Source: Trypanosoma brucei (taxonomy: Eukaryota). Taken from it: a stretch of DNA of 64,000 nucleotides. Below, one piece after another: positions 20,419-30,312 of this stretch. Location: contig CP000067.1 in assembly GCA_000002445.1 (NCBI GenBank), positions 384,001 through 448,000 of the forward strand, written 5' to 3'. Made by a program: the position numbers and the translations under genes. The notes under the pieces are model-generated. The model saw only the letters and a program-made list of their open reading frames with translations, ran no database searches and was not told where the DNA came from. The first letter of the stretch is position 1; each line of letters opens with the position of its first letter.

Positions 20419-22065
20419 TCAAGGAACCAGCGCATCAGTGTCATCTGTATTTTTCGTGCGTTGCCGCAATATTCTAATAAATTTTTTTACTAGTTCCATC
20501 ACGTAAGCATTTACGTCCTGTGGATCTTTGGGTTCATTCGCCACAAAATCCCAATTTTTGTCGTGTTCCTCGCCGAACTCGACAAGTGAGTATCGAGCCC
20601 CTAGACACAACTGCATCCCAACCGTCCTATTCACCGTGCCCTTAACCAAGTAAGAGATTTTCTCAAAGCTCCTCTTCTCCTCCACGCGAAGGGTCTTAAC
20701 CTGTCCGAGAACCAGCTTCTTTGACTGACGTTCTGCGACCACGCGTGGTTTTGCACTACCAACTTGCCGACCGTGACGACTGATGCTGCATTGGGAAGGC
20801 GCACGTTGAATTGGACATGACGGGTTGTTCGGTTCAGGAACGCTATTACTGGAGTCGGACTCAATGTAAAGCGAAGAGTCAACGAAGCCCAATGTGGCTG
20901 AAAAGAAAGTTGGAGCAATGATTGTGTAGATCCTTTCGTATGACTCTGCGAGAAACTCATCTTTCCACACCTTTTGTAGCATCATGACTGGGGTCCAACA
21001 CGTGTCCAGTTCGTGAAGCAACACCAGAGCTCTTTGCAGACGCTTGAAGATGCTCCGCTGCACCTTTAGTACCCTACGACGTCTCCGTGGGAATTGCAGC
21101 TGCATTGTTTCTTTCAGGTCCTCCTCAACACTATCCAAAATACCACCAATATTGAACTCCGTCTCGTTTCGTAGATCGTCAAAGGCAACATACATTTCGC
21201 ACTTCATCTTGAAGGCTATAGCGAAGGCAGTGAACCGGTTAATCTCTCCCAAAAGACGCACGCAACGGGCGCGAAGTTCCAAGTGGAGTTGGGCTTCCTC
21301 CTCCGTTTCCACTCCGATGGAGTTGATGAATGTCAAGGTATATTGTAACATCCATTCGGTGGCATAAATGGTGCTCGAGAGAGCCACAGTGAGTGGTACG
21401 ATGTTGGAATATGCAAAATCCGCAACCTCCTCCGCACCTTCCAATGGTTCGCTTCCCTCCGGTTGGATTGGGAGTAAAACTTTAACGGTCGGATCCCCCT
21501 TCTCCACCACCGTAAGAACAATGGTAAGTGCCTCCAAAACATCCTCGAAGGTAAATGGTGCACATCCCTGTCCGATCCGTTCCCTTGCAACCCGTATATT
21601 TTGGTCAAGCTGCTCAGCAACCTCTTGCAGCGTTTCAACCTGCACGTCAACGGTCGCGAAGTCCTTCATCACCGCAGATGGTGATGTTTCCAGAAGTGCG
21701 GCACCGTCCAGTGGTGGACAAGGTCGAGAGCCCCCATTATTACTGTTGACTTCGTCGCCCCCAGCCGATGGTTGTGCGTCTTCTTCGCACAACAGAGAAG
21801 GATTTATTGTGGTTTGTGGTTTGTAAACACCCTTGTGCACACTCTGCTTCGCTGCTTCTCCAATGCCACAACCCAACATGATTCCTTCCACGTGGGACTG
21901 AAGTCGCAGCTTCCTTTGCTTCCGAATGGCTTCGTTTATGCCTGCCTCCGCCTCTTCACGGTTGTAACCATTCTTAAAATCACCGAACTCCATAAAGAAA
22001 GGTCGCTCAAAATTTAAGTCACTCATGGTGCAAAAATCGCGTAACAAAATCAACTTCCAATCCAA
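20419..22065 (-). CDS. Hypothetical alpha-helical protein, 548 aa (possibly a helical-bundle trafficking/tethering factor)
   Basis: Long ORF with protein-like composition. The helical regions are amphipathic. No diagnostic motif found by eye. Confidence 0.5.
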   Translation of the reverse strand: MDWKLILLRDFCTMSDLNFERPFFMEFGDFKNGYNREEAEAGINEAIRKQRKLRLQSHVEGIMLGCGIGEAAKQSVHKGVYKPQTTINPSLLCEEDAQPSAGGDEVNSNNGGSRPCPPLDGAALLETSPSAVMKDFATVDVQVETLQEVAEQLDQNIRVARERIGQGCAPFTFEDVLEALTIVLTVVEKGDPTVKVLLPIQPEGSEPLEGAEEVADFAYSNIVPLTVALSSTIYATEWMLQYTLTFINSIGVETEEEAQLHLELRARCVRLLGEINRFTAFAIAFKMKCEMYVAFDDLRNETEFNIGGILDSVEEDLKETMQLQFPRRRRRVLKVQRSIFKRLQRALVLLHELDTCWTPVMMLQKVWKDEFLAESYERIYTIIAPTFFSATLGFVDSSLYIESDSSNSVPEPNNPSCPIQRAPSQCSISRHGRQVGSAKPRVVAERQSKKLVLGQVKTLRVEEKRSFEKISYLVKGTVNRTVGMQLCLGARYSLVEFGEEHDKNWDFVANEPKDPQDVNAYVMELVKKFIRILRQRTKNTDDTDALVP

Positions 22066-22345
22066 CGCGCACCTAATTCACTCACTGGAGTAGTGAGGGA
22101 CGGCTAACTAAAATAACAACGAGACAACAGAGTTAGGGGAATTTTTATGTGTGCGGAAGCAAATATCAAATGTGGAAGAGGAAATCATTACTTTCTCGTT
22201 ACAAGGAGTAGGATTTGCAATTGCTCAACATCCCCCTCCCGCATCAATGGTAACCCACTGGAAACTCACCCCAACACTGTACACCTACGCGTGCACAAAG
22301 ACACGCCACCACTTTACCAAACGGCAATGAGGCTGCAGCAACCGA

Positions 22346-23311
22346 TCACAGTTCCAAATCCTTGGTTAAGAGGAACCAAAGCAGAATGGCAACCATGATC
22401 ACGAACGAAACAACCGTGGTAGTGGTATCCCTTTGCTCGCCATCCATGGGATTCTCAAAGTAAAACGTGAGGACGAATATTTCGTCCTCGGGTTTAAGCA
22501 TTATCTTGGTATCCTCAGGGCTGAGGTGCACCGTGCAGTACTTACCGCGCAACCGCCAGTCCAACGCCTGCGTACCGTCACGACTGTTTGCACTGCTGAC
22601 CAACTTTACCACTTTCGAAAATACGGTTTGATATACAATTTCCTCTGGAAGACAGGGTGCACACGCAAAGGGGTAAGCGATGACGATGGCCGGCAAATTC
22701 GTCAGCTGTCGAACTGACTTTGTTGTCCAACGAATTTCAAGCTGGATCTCATTCCCAACACCCCTCTCCGTTTCGTCCAGCACATCTGAAGCCCTTGAAG
22801 CTACAGCGTACAAAGTTCCACGCTCACCCTCCTCCTGCTCAGCCTTTCCTTCCATACCAGCTGCTGCGTCGAACACAGCGGGACAGAGAACCAATGGCCG
22901 CTCCGATGGTGGGCTGACAACGCGAACCAACTCCCACATCATGATCTTCTTGTTTATACGAGCGGAAAGTGACGTTAGAGTTCCATCACACGCACTAACC
23001 GGGAAAACAAAGGAAAAGCAACCCTCGGATGTATGTTCGATATGATACGTTGTCGTGAGGTGGTACACCAATGTCCTTTCCGTTGCCCTCATTCGCAGCT
23101 TGCATGCTGTGCAAGTCAACGGTGAACTAATGGTGTCTGCCCACGATCGCAGCCGCTCCGACACCTTCGGGTCGGTGGCATTTCCATTTCCGTTGGGTGT
23201 AACTGACTCGCTGTTACTCTTAACAGCGTACAAACCTGAGAGGAAAACATCCTTCCGACGCCCGACAACACCCACTGGTGAGTCTAAAGGCATTGGCGGC
23301 TGCCGCGCCAA
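22346..23311 (-). CDS. Hypothetical tail-anchored membrane protein, 321 aa
   Basis: There is a single C-terminal TM helix (VVSFVIMVAILLWFLLTKDLEL) immediately before the stop. The rest is soluble, with a beta-rich composition. Confidence 0.5.
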   Translation of the reverse strand: MARQPPMPLDSPVGVVGRRKDVFLSGLYAVKSNSESVTPNGNGNATDPKVSERLRSWADTISSPLTCTACKLRMRATERTLVYHLTTTYHIEHTSEGCFSFVFPVSACDGTLTSLSARINKKIMMWELVRVVSPPSERPLVLCPAVFDAAAGMEGKAEQEEGERGTLYAVASRASDVLDETERGVGNEIQLEIRWTTKSVRQLTNLPAIVIAYPFACAPCLPEEIVYQTVFSKVVKLVSSANSRDGTQALDWRLRGKYCTVHLSPEDTKIMLKPEDEIFVLTFYFENPMDGEQRDTTTTVVSFVIMVAILLWFLLTKDLEL

Positions 23312-23934
23312 GGTGCGTCAAAGCCCTGACTCACGTTGCAGAAGAAGTTTGCGTAGTTTAGATCAACCCAGTGTTTGTCAGCACCAGCAGCAATACATAC
23401 GAAGTCACTTATTCGAGCCTCAAATGGGCTACTTTGCAGTTTTGTGCACGAAAGACGAGGTGGGAGGAGATATGCACCAGTGAAGAAATGTGGGTCAATG
23501 AAAGTTCAACGCTTTCCCCTATGACAAAGACGCAGCAAACAAAATGTTTTGTGCAGCTGGATGACCGTCGTGAAAAGGTCGGGATTAATGAGTAGGGGAA
23601 AGAGGTAAAGAACGGCATCTCCTCCGAAGGATTCATCGGAATTCCGATTAGTTGTTCACAAAAAAATATGGACGGGTCCAAGATACGGCATCTAAATTTA
23701 ATCCGTGGTCTCAGGCCGATACAAGGAAAGAACATTTCCTTGTCTGCGATCTTCTTCAAATAGTCCTGAGTAAAGCGGGTCTGACCTCAACCGAGAAAAA
23801 CGCGTCCGATAAGTCATGCCTTGACTGATTGTACATGTAACAACGGCGAAAAATCCAGGATGTCGCCCTACACTGATGCGCACACAAGCACTCATCCATC
23901 TCAAGATCTCGTTGATTAAAACCACATTCCGATA

Positions 23935-24564
23935 CTAGTTATCCGAGGCGGACTCACTCCCCTCATCATCACTTCCATCATCACTACCTGATTCCGAAAC
24001 TGAGGAAGATGAAGAAGATGCTGCGTCTGATACCTTTGAGTGCGGTCTCGGAACACGGCATTTTACACATTCTGGGACGGACGTTGGGAGGAGTATGCTG
24101 CAGTTCGAGCAGAACCATAAAACCACATCCAGCTTGTGCGTAGGTGGTGTCCACTGCACCTCCCCCGTTTCACTGTTACAGTAGAAGACATGCTGCGTGG
24201 TGGAGTCAAAAAACTCATGCCATTCTTCGCTTTTGTGATCAAACTCACAATCGCGTGTATCATGCAGACCGCCGCAGTCTGAGCAGCGGTACTTCTTCAC
24301 TTGACACTGCGCCGAGGAATGACCCCGCTGAGCGCATTTCCAGCACCCCTTCTCGCGGTCCATCAAGGGATAATCACGAGGGGAAAGTCGCAACCTCGGA
24401 CAACTAACGGTCCAGTGATTCTTCGAGCAAATATGGCAGGCAAAAGAAGCGTGAACGGCAGGTATCGACGCTTTGGTTTGCGCTCTGTTGCGCCGGCGCC
24501 TCACGCCACGCTTCCTGCGGTTCAACCTCTTTGCCGGTGCGACACCGCGTTCTCCTCTTGACAT
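23935..24564 (-). CDS. Zinc-finger protein combining CCHC-type zinc knuckles, a WW-like domain and a RanBP2-type zinc finger, with an acidic Ser-rich tail
   Basis: There is a basic N-terminus (RRKRGVRRRRNR). Zinc knuckles include CWKCAQRGHSSAQC and CSDCGGLHDTRDC. A WW-like signature is WHEFFDSTTQHVFYCNSETGEVQWTPP. A RanBP2-type finger is WFCSNCSILLPTSVPECVKC. The C-terminus is SSSSSSVSESGSDDGSDDEGSESASDN. Confidence 0.65.
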   Translation of the reverse strand: MSRGERGVAPAKRLNRRKRGVRRRRNRAQTKASIPAVHASFACHICSKNHWTVSCPRLRLSPRDYPLMDREKGCWKCAQRGHSSAQCQVKKYRCSDCGGLHDTRDCEFDHKSEEWHEFFDSTTQHVFYCNSETGEVQWTPPTHKLDVVLWFCSNCSILLPTSVPECVKCRVPRPHSKVSDAASSSSSSVSESGSDDGSDDEGSESASDN

Positions 24565-24702
24565 TCCCGTGCTTCAGGAAGTGGAGAGCCCTAAACAGCG
24601 GCCACAGAGGCGGAAGACACTTCGATGAGGGCACGAGGGAAGTCTTATAACATAAAGAAGAAAAGTAAAGTAAAAAGATGAGGGTACAAAACGCTTATGT
24701 GC

Positions 24703-24725
24703 GTGTGTGTGTGTGTGTGTGTGTG
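24703..24725. repeat. (GT)n microsatellite
   Basis: Direct read in the spacer 3' of the zinc-finger gene. Confidence 0.95.
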
Positions 24726-24939
24726 GAAAGCATCCAAATGGGAAGTTAACGAAGAGATGTTTGGCACTTTTGACTCGCATTTGTGCGCGGAAAATGCCAA
24801 GTCTCCGAGGCATGGAGCGGCGGCCACGTTGATTCCACACCACCAGCGCGGGCAGAATATATGCGCTTCGCCCGCAGATTCCGTGTGTTACAGGAAAAAT
24901 AAAAAGGGAATGCGGATGCAAAAAACAGGTGTATGCGTC

Positions 24940-26232
24940 CTACTTGCCGTACTCTGTGGAGATAATTTGTTCACCTTTTCGGATGAGTTCATTCGTGATA
25001 ATATCTTGTTGGTGAGCCACAGCCGCTGAGGGTACGTAATCCTCGGGTGGCGTACCACACGACAAACGCCACATTTTTTCTGCTTCGGAGTCCTTTCCAC
25101 AGACAGGTGCCATTGTCTGCATACAAATCTCTTCACCTGCCCTGAGCGCCCTGGCGGGGACGACGTAAATCCACTTTCCGTCTTGCTCACACATGAAGTC
25201 GTACTGGTGATGTCGCGCAAAGTATGCAGCCATGCGTGTAGCAGACGATTGTTGGGACGTCCGCGCAACAACAAGCGAATTTGTGTTCTTCCCCCCATGC
25301 GGAAATAAGTGCACCATTGGAATAATTCCAATTGAGCGTGTCGCCCCAATCACTAGCGGAGTGGAGTGCGATAAACAAGTACTCACTGCCCACCTTAACT
25401 GAGCTCTGTCAACTTTACCCACAAGGGGACCACCGTTGATATAATTCCGTATCATCTGTAGAAGCACATCCGCCAGACCTGTAGCTTCTGCGTCTAGTAC
25501 CACATCGTCTTCAAAGTATGGGGCGTTCTTCATGGACCGGACCCTTCCCAGAAGCTCAGCGAAGGCCCAGCGAGGATCAGTCAATGGGCTGCCTATAGAA
25601 GTTATGAGATCAGACACAATCATACCCAGTGAGTCAAAGAAGAACTGGCATATGTCCGCATCGCTTTGCTCTCCCGTATTCAACTTATTAAACTCCTTTT
25701 CCCTCTCCTCGTCCCGTAGATTATTCTCTGCCTCACTTGTATCTTTAAAACCGATGGCAAGTGCCTCTGGAATAGCGAAAAGCGGTGTTAACCGATCCAC
25801 ATCTTCGGTGACAACGAACGCGTGGTCACGATAGGGTGATGGTCGTCTATGAATCCGGACAGTCGGGTGGATAAAAATGTGTTGATCGTGACACCACATC
25901 ATTAGTCGATAGTAATCATGTGCATCAGAGTACTGAGACAAGTGCTTCGCGTGATGAAGGTAAAGCGCACGACGGTGTGCAGCATGGAGGGCCATTTTGT
26001 TTTCGCTAGCGTTAAGCTGTGCGTTTTCGTCACCATCATCATTTTTGTTGTCACTCGCATCTTTCCCTTTGTGTTTCAAAACGCTTCCTTCAAGCGCCGG
26101 AAGCCATTGCACAAGGTTACTCACGCAACCTCCATTGCCGTTGGGTTTTAACGAGGGTTCCTCTTCCTTTCCCCCTCCGGTACCCTCCTGACGCTTACAT
26201 GCCCTACTCCATAGTAACAAGGGTGACAGCAT
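24940..26232 (-). CDS. Hypothetical protein, possibly a SET-domain (SETD6/RBCMT-like) methyltransferase
   Basis: 430 aa. The segment IGIIPMVHLFPHGG resembles the SET NHS/pseudoknot region. ALRAGEEICMQTM resembles the SET C-terminal GEE(l/i)xxxY motif. The assignment is weak without an HMM search. Confidence 0.5.
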   Translation of the reverse strand: MLSPLLLWSRACKRQEGTGGGKEEEPSLKPNGNGGCVSNLVQWLPALEGSVLKHKGKDASDNKNDDGDENAQLNASENKMALHAAHRRALYLHHAKHLSQYSDAHDYYRLMMWCHDQHIFIHPTVRIHRRPSPYRDHAFVVTEDVDRLTPLFAIPEALAIGFKDTSEAENNLRDEEREKEFNKLNTGEQSDADICQFFFDSLGMIVSDLITSIGSPLTDPRWAFAELLGRVRSMKNAPYFEDDVVLDAEATGLADVLLQMIRNYINGGPLVGKVDRAQLRWAVSTCLSHSTPLVIGATRSIGIIPMVHLFPHGGKNTNSLVVARTSQQSSATRMAAYFARHHQYDFMCEQDGKWIYVVPARALRAGEEICMQTMAPVCGKDSEAEKMWRLSCGTPPEDYVPSAAVAHQQDIITNELIRKGEQIISTEYGK

Positions 26233-26607
26233 TCACCTAAAGATGTTATTGGGGAACCGAGCGAAATCATCAGCAATAATGAAGCAAAGGGGTAATGTGC
26301 ACAAGGGAAGAAAAGCAACACGCCATCTCTGTCGGTTGGGAAAATAAACTGCGGCCCGGCTCTCGTTACGTTATCCCGTAAGTTGCAGTACCCCCTTCCC
26401 CACATTTCACAAATGTAATGAAAGAAGATAAAACGGATAAATTATTACATGAGAACCGGAACATCTGGTAAACCCACAACAGAGCAAAAAACAACAGAAC
26501 GGGTCAAGCGGCGCAAAGGGTTTCTGCAACGACGAGCCCACACACTTCACAATCACTGCTTGCCCACTGTCAGTCAGCCACAGCTATGGAGGGTGTGACT
26601 GCAGCGC

Positions 26608-27450
26608 TTAGTGCATTTGGCTCCACCCCTCCTTCTTAAAAAGTTCTTTTGCCTCCAATTGACGGACTTCCCAGTCTTCCAGCTCGGTTTCCGTGTAGGT
26701 GTGGTGCCTTTTTCCCTCCTCCGCATCTTTAGCCAACCGCGCTTGCGCGAAGTGGGCTTTAATGTCGAACTCTTTCACCAGTAACCGGCACGAGGGAACA
26801 GTACTAATGATCTGCTTGCGAAACTTTTCATCCAAAACATAACGGTTGCTTTCTACCACAACATTATGCTTTTCGCTGATATGCCTCACAATCGCATTAA
26901 TCATAGCAGCACACAGTTCGTCTTCTTTGGAGAAGTCATCAAACTTTCCTGTAATTTCTACCCTCAACTCATCTTCATCGACAATGCGGCACGAGTCATC
27001 ACACCGCCCCTTGTATTGTTTCAACCACGTTGACTTTCCGCTACCAGGCATGCCCACAAGGAGGATAACTTTAGGGTCGGACCTCTTGCGCTCCTTGTGC
27101 TTTCCACGACCACTGTTTTTACCACTTCCACTTCCACTTCTCCTTCGACTGCGGCGCTCCTTCTTTGCCCGTGATCTCGGGTAATAGCGACGCACTGCAT
27201 ATGCGATCAACAGATTCAATAAGATGACGAAAAGCGAAAAGAGAATTCCTCCTACGAGAAACCGGCGGGTCCTCGGCACCAAAACGCCGCCTAAAACACC
27301 ATTTTCTTTCATTTGTGCGGTATATATTCGCTTATTCGTGAGTGTTTCCCCTACCCTTTTGATTTCCCTCCTGACCCCTTCTTTGCCTCTCTTAACACCC
27401 TCGGGCTCTGATAAGTAACAACAGATCGTAATACAATCTTTCCCGTGCAA
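26608..27450 (-). CDS. P-loop NTPase / AAA_33-type small kinase domain protein with an N-terminal transmembrane helix
   Basis: The Walker A motif is LLVGMPGSGKSTWLKQY and a Walker-B-like motif is RIVDEDE. An N-terminal TM is present (ILFSLFVILLNLLIAYAV), followed by a basic Ser/Arg-rich linker. Confidence 0.65.
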   Translation of the reverse strand: MHGKDCITICCYLSEPEGVKRGKEGVRREIKRVGETLTNKRIYTAQMKENGVLGGVLVPRTRRFLVGGILFSLFVILLNLLIAYAVRRYYPRSRAKKERRSRRRSGSGSGKNSGRGKHKERKRSDPKVILLVGMPGSGKSTWLKQYKGRCDDSCRIVDEDELRVEITGKFDDFSKEDELCAAMINAIVRHISEKHNVVVESNRYVLDEKFRKQIISTVPSCRLLVKEFDIKAHFAQARLAKDAEEGKRHHTYTETELEDWEVRQLEAKELFKKEGWSQMH

Positions 27451-28094
27451 ACAATTTCATAACCGTTTCCACACGGGCAGAGGGACCGAATCACCTCGCA
27501 GGCAGAGTAAGAAAACAAAACAAAAAGAGCGTTCGTAATGGAAAGATACAAAATAAATAGCAATGAAGTGAGGATACAATGTGTGAGCACACAAGTGGTG
27601 CATACATTACATTTTGCACCGCGAACGAAAGGAGTTAAACCGCAAATGCCCTTCATGCGTGTGTTGCAGCCATAACGACACGAAGCTGTTGAAATATATC
27701 TTGTCTTTTCCCTCGTTCCGGTCCCCCTAGACTTTCCACGGACGTGCGTGGGGAAAAGGTATGGAAGGGGGGTAATGCCAAAGACTACCTCACGATGATA
27801 ACGTGGGTAACGTATGAAAGTGATTGAAGAAAAGAAAAACAGACACACGAACACGCACCCAAACAGGGACGAAAGAAGGATGCATTAATTATTTCTATTA
27901 CAGAGGTGAAGATGCAGAACGCGGAAATGTACCGCCCTTTTTTTTTTCTTCCGTCCCACCCCTTTCCACCATGGAACGGTACAGCTGGCAGTGCAGGGTC
28001 ACGAAGCGCATTTTGTTTTGCTTAAAGACCAACTCTTAGTTCTAACCTTCGGTTCCTCCAGTCCCTTAGCCAAAAAATCAGATGTGTGCGCTGC

Positions 28095-29174
28095 TCAACC
28101 GGATTCCACGGAAAGAGTGAGACCGAAACGGATGGGACTGTTCTCCACCAACACGTTCTTCTGCGCCACCAAACCCCAATGCACCACGCCATTAAATATG
28201 CCACGAATGGTTGCCGCACATAAGCCACCGCTCTCCGCCTTGAATGCTCCTACAAACGGGAGAATGGCGGTCCATACGTCCAACTGCTCACACGCCCGCT
28301 GCTGCAGAATCGTGGGGACGCGAAGCCGAAAACCCTGTGAAAATCCCAGCGAGACATGTACGCGTGACTCCTCCATATCGAAATTGTATGCGCAGGCCAC
28401 CGATGTGTCGGGCACCACGCGCTGATAAAAAGCAATGCGTGCCGCGCTCCACATATCGTTCGCTCTCACTAACTTTGCACCAACGGACCAATTCACCCCA
28501 GTAAAGCCAACCCCCGCATAAAGCACGTCCAACTGCGCGGTGTGATCCTGTTGCTCAAGAAACGAAACTTTCTGCCGCTCAAATCCGGCACCCGCAAGAA
28601 GATTAAAAAATTTCGTGCCACAATCAACAAGCAAGTCACTGCTTCCCAATCCGTTCCTCTGATAGTTAAGTGTGGAATAGAAGTCACGACGCTGGTAATC
28701 CATTGCAACGGACCACACATCTTTTGACGGAGGAGCAATTGTGTTTACTGCGAGACGCCCTTTTACCTCCATTCCCTCGAGAAGATCACTAACCTTGACG
28801 CTACCCGATGCCAACCCCTCGCTGTTCACAGCAATCCCTTGCTCAAACCGACACACCTGCGGCACGTGAACACCACTGTGCAACTTCACCTTCCCATGGT
28901 ACCCTCCGTCTCTGTTGAAAATTAGACGGGGCGAGAAGTACATAAAATTTTGCGTTTTCCTCAACTCGCCTCCTCCTGCTTGAAGGCTCTCATCCGAGGG
29001 CTGGTCAGTCGTCGCCGAAGGCGGGGAGGTGAAGAAGAGTTGTTCACCCGGAAAAGACTCGGAATACTGCCTGGACTTGACTGCAGCGAATAGAAACGAC
29101 TCATCTCTGAAAGTTTTCTTCAGGAAGTCGTCGACGATGTTGAAGAAATCATTTAATTTTGCCGGAGGAATCAT
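28095..29174 (-). CDS. Mitochondrial outer-membrane beta-barrel protein of the porin-3 (VDAC/Tom40-like) superfamily
   Basis: 359 aa. Over ~280 aa the residues alternate hydrophobic and polar, as in amphipathic beta-strands. It is rich in Gly/Ser/Asn turns. The C-terminal last strand IRFGLTLSVESG fits the mitochondrial beta-signal Po-x-G-x-x-Hy-x-Hy (R-F-G-L-T-L-S-V). An N-terminal amphipathic helix is present, as in VDAC/Tom40. Confidence 0.6.
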   Translation of the reverse strand: MIPPAKLNDFFNIVDDFLKKTFRDESFLFAAVKSRQYSESFPGEQLFFTSPPSATTDQPSDESLQAGGGELRKTQNFMYFSPRLIFNRDGGYHGKVKLHSGVHVPQVCRFEQGIAVNSEGLASGSVKVSDLLEGMEVKGRLAVNTIAPPSKDVWSVAMDYQRRDFYSTLNYQRNGLGSSDLLVDCGTKFFNLLAGAGFERQKVSFLEQQDHTAQLDVLYAGVGFTGVNWSVGAKLVRANDMWSAARIAFYQRVVPDTSVACAYNFDMEESRVHVSLGFSQGFRLRVPTILQQRACEQLDVWTAILPFVGAFKAESGGLCAATIRGIFNGVVHWGLVAQKNVLVENSPIRFGLTLSVESG

Positions 29175-29439
29175 CTCCCCTGCACAGTTACGAGATCAAA
29201 ACAACGTATGTCCAAACGTTAGTTTTCTTTCTTGTTTCCCTCTCCTATATATCTCTCTTTTCTATGTGCGGTTGTGTGGCCTCGGTCCGCTTTCCGTGCG
29301 CGACACCTTCCTTCCTTTCCTTCTTCACGCTTCTATGAGAAAGACCTTAAGTCGCACGGCCACCCACAAAGGCGAATTAAGCTTCCAGTAGCTGACCTCC
29401 AGTGGCGCCACTCGTACAACCCTTTCCTTTTGTTCTTTG

Positions 29440-29462
29440 TATATATATATATATATATATAT
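29440..29462. repeat. (TA)n microsatellite
   Basis: Direct read. Similar (TA)n/(AT)n runs occur at 13387-13404, 13694-13713, 31832-31853, 37131-37147, 37311-37331 and 43259-43281. Confidence 0.95.
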
Positions 29463-29960
29463 GTACCCCTTCCCTTTCGCACTTTAGTGTCGCGGTAATA
29501 ATGTCAACAGCAGCAAAGGCAGAGAGGTAAAGCAGCTCGCGTGAAAAAGAATTACAACCAGGGGGGGGGGCCGAATCACGGACTGCGATAGCATATTCAT
29601 CGATATGTTCATGTACGCATCTATGCATGAGTAAACACACATATACATACACATGTGTATAGTTACAAGTGAGAGTACAATTTGCGCAACACACTTCCCG
29701 TGCGCAAGTGTACACGACCAGTTTCAGTGGGATGTTGCAGTTTCCGCTGAAACAAACCTCTTCCCCATTTCCCCTTTCCAAAATACTGAAGGAGGCCGAC
29801 CCCGTACGCTGCACCAATGGAGACGGGGTGGACGACAGGCTAAACCAAGATTCATGACAACATCTTGACGACGGCACCATAACAGTGTTTAAATATGTGC
29901 GACGGAATAGAATATGACTGAAGTAAGTGTGGCTACAAGGGTTGAAGAACCCCCTTTATT

Positions 29961-30000
29961 ATATATTTCGTTTCCATTGTTTCGTTTCGTTTCGTTTCGT
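29961..30000. repeat. (GTTTC)n pentanucleotide repeat followed by (CCCT)n
   Basis: Direct read: gtttcgtttccattgtttcgtttcgtttcgtttcgtcctgtcctccctccctccc. Confidence 0.9.
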
Positions 30001-30312
30001 CCTGTCCTCCCTCCCTCCCTTTAACGGGGACGGCAAGAAACCGTCATGAGCAACGCAAAAGGCACGCGGTGCAAACGTGTGACGAGTCCCGGAGTATTTT
30101 TGTTTTCTTTTTTGCGTAAGTTTAAAGCAAATGCTCAACTGCCTGCTGAGGGAATTCCCGGCAAAGCAGTGTTGGAGGTGAAAATCAGGTGAGTTAAAGC
30201 GGCCCAAACGAACAAAAAAAAGAGTACAGAGTGTGTCTAGCAGTCGGCTCCGCCTTACACCCGCCGCACAGAATCTCCTTTCCTCCTTCCTTTTGCATCG
30301 GACATACGTCCA

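Noticed and set aside
24888-25349. 153-aa ORF overlapping the 3' part of the 24940..26232 gene in another frame
   Set aside because: It is an alternative-frame artefact inside the longer, better-supported CDS.
28095-29174. Specific identification of the beta-barrel as ATOM40
   Set aside because: The size is similar, but my memory places ATOM40 on a different chromosome from PIP5K/RRP6. I keep only the family-level call (VDAC/Tom40-like).
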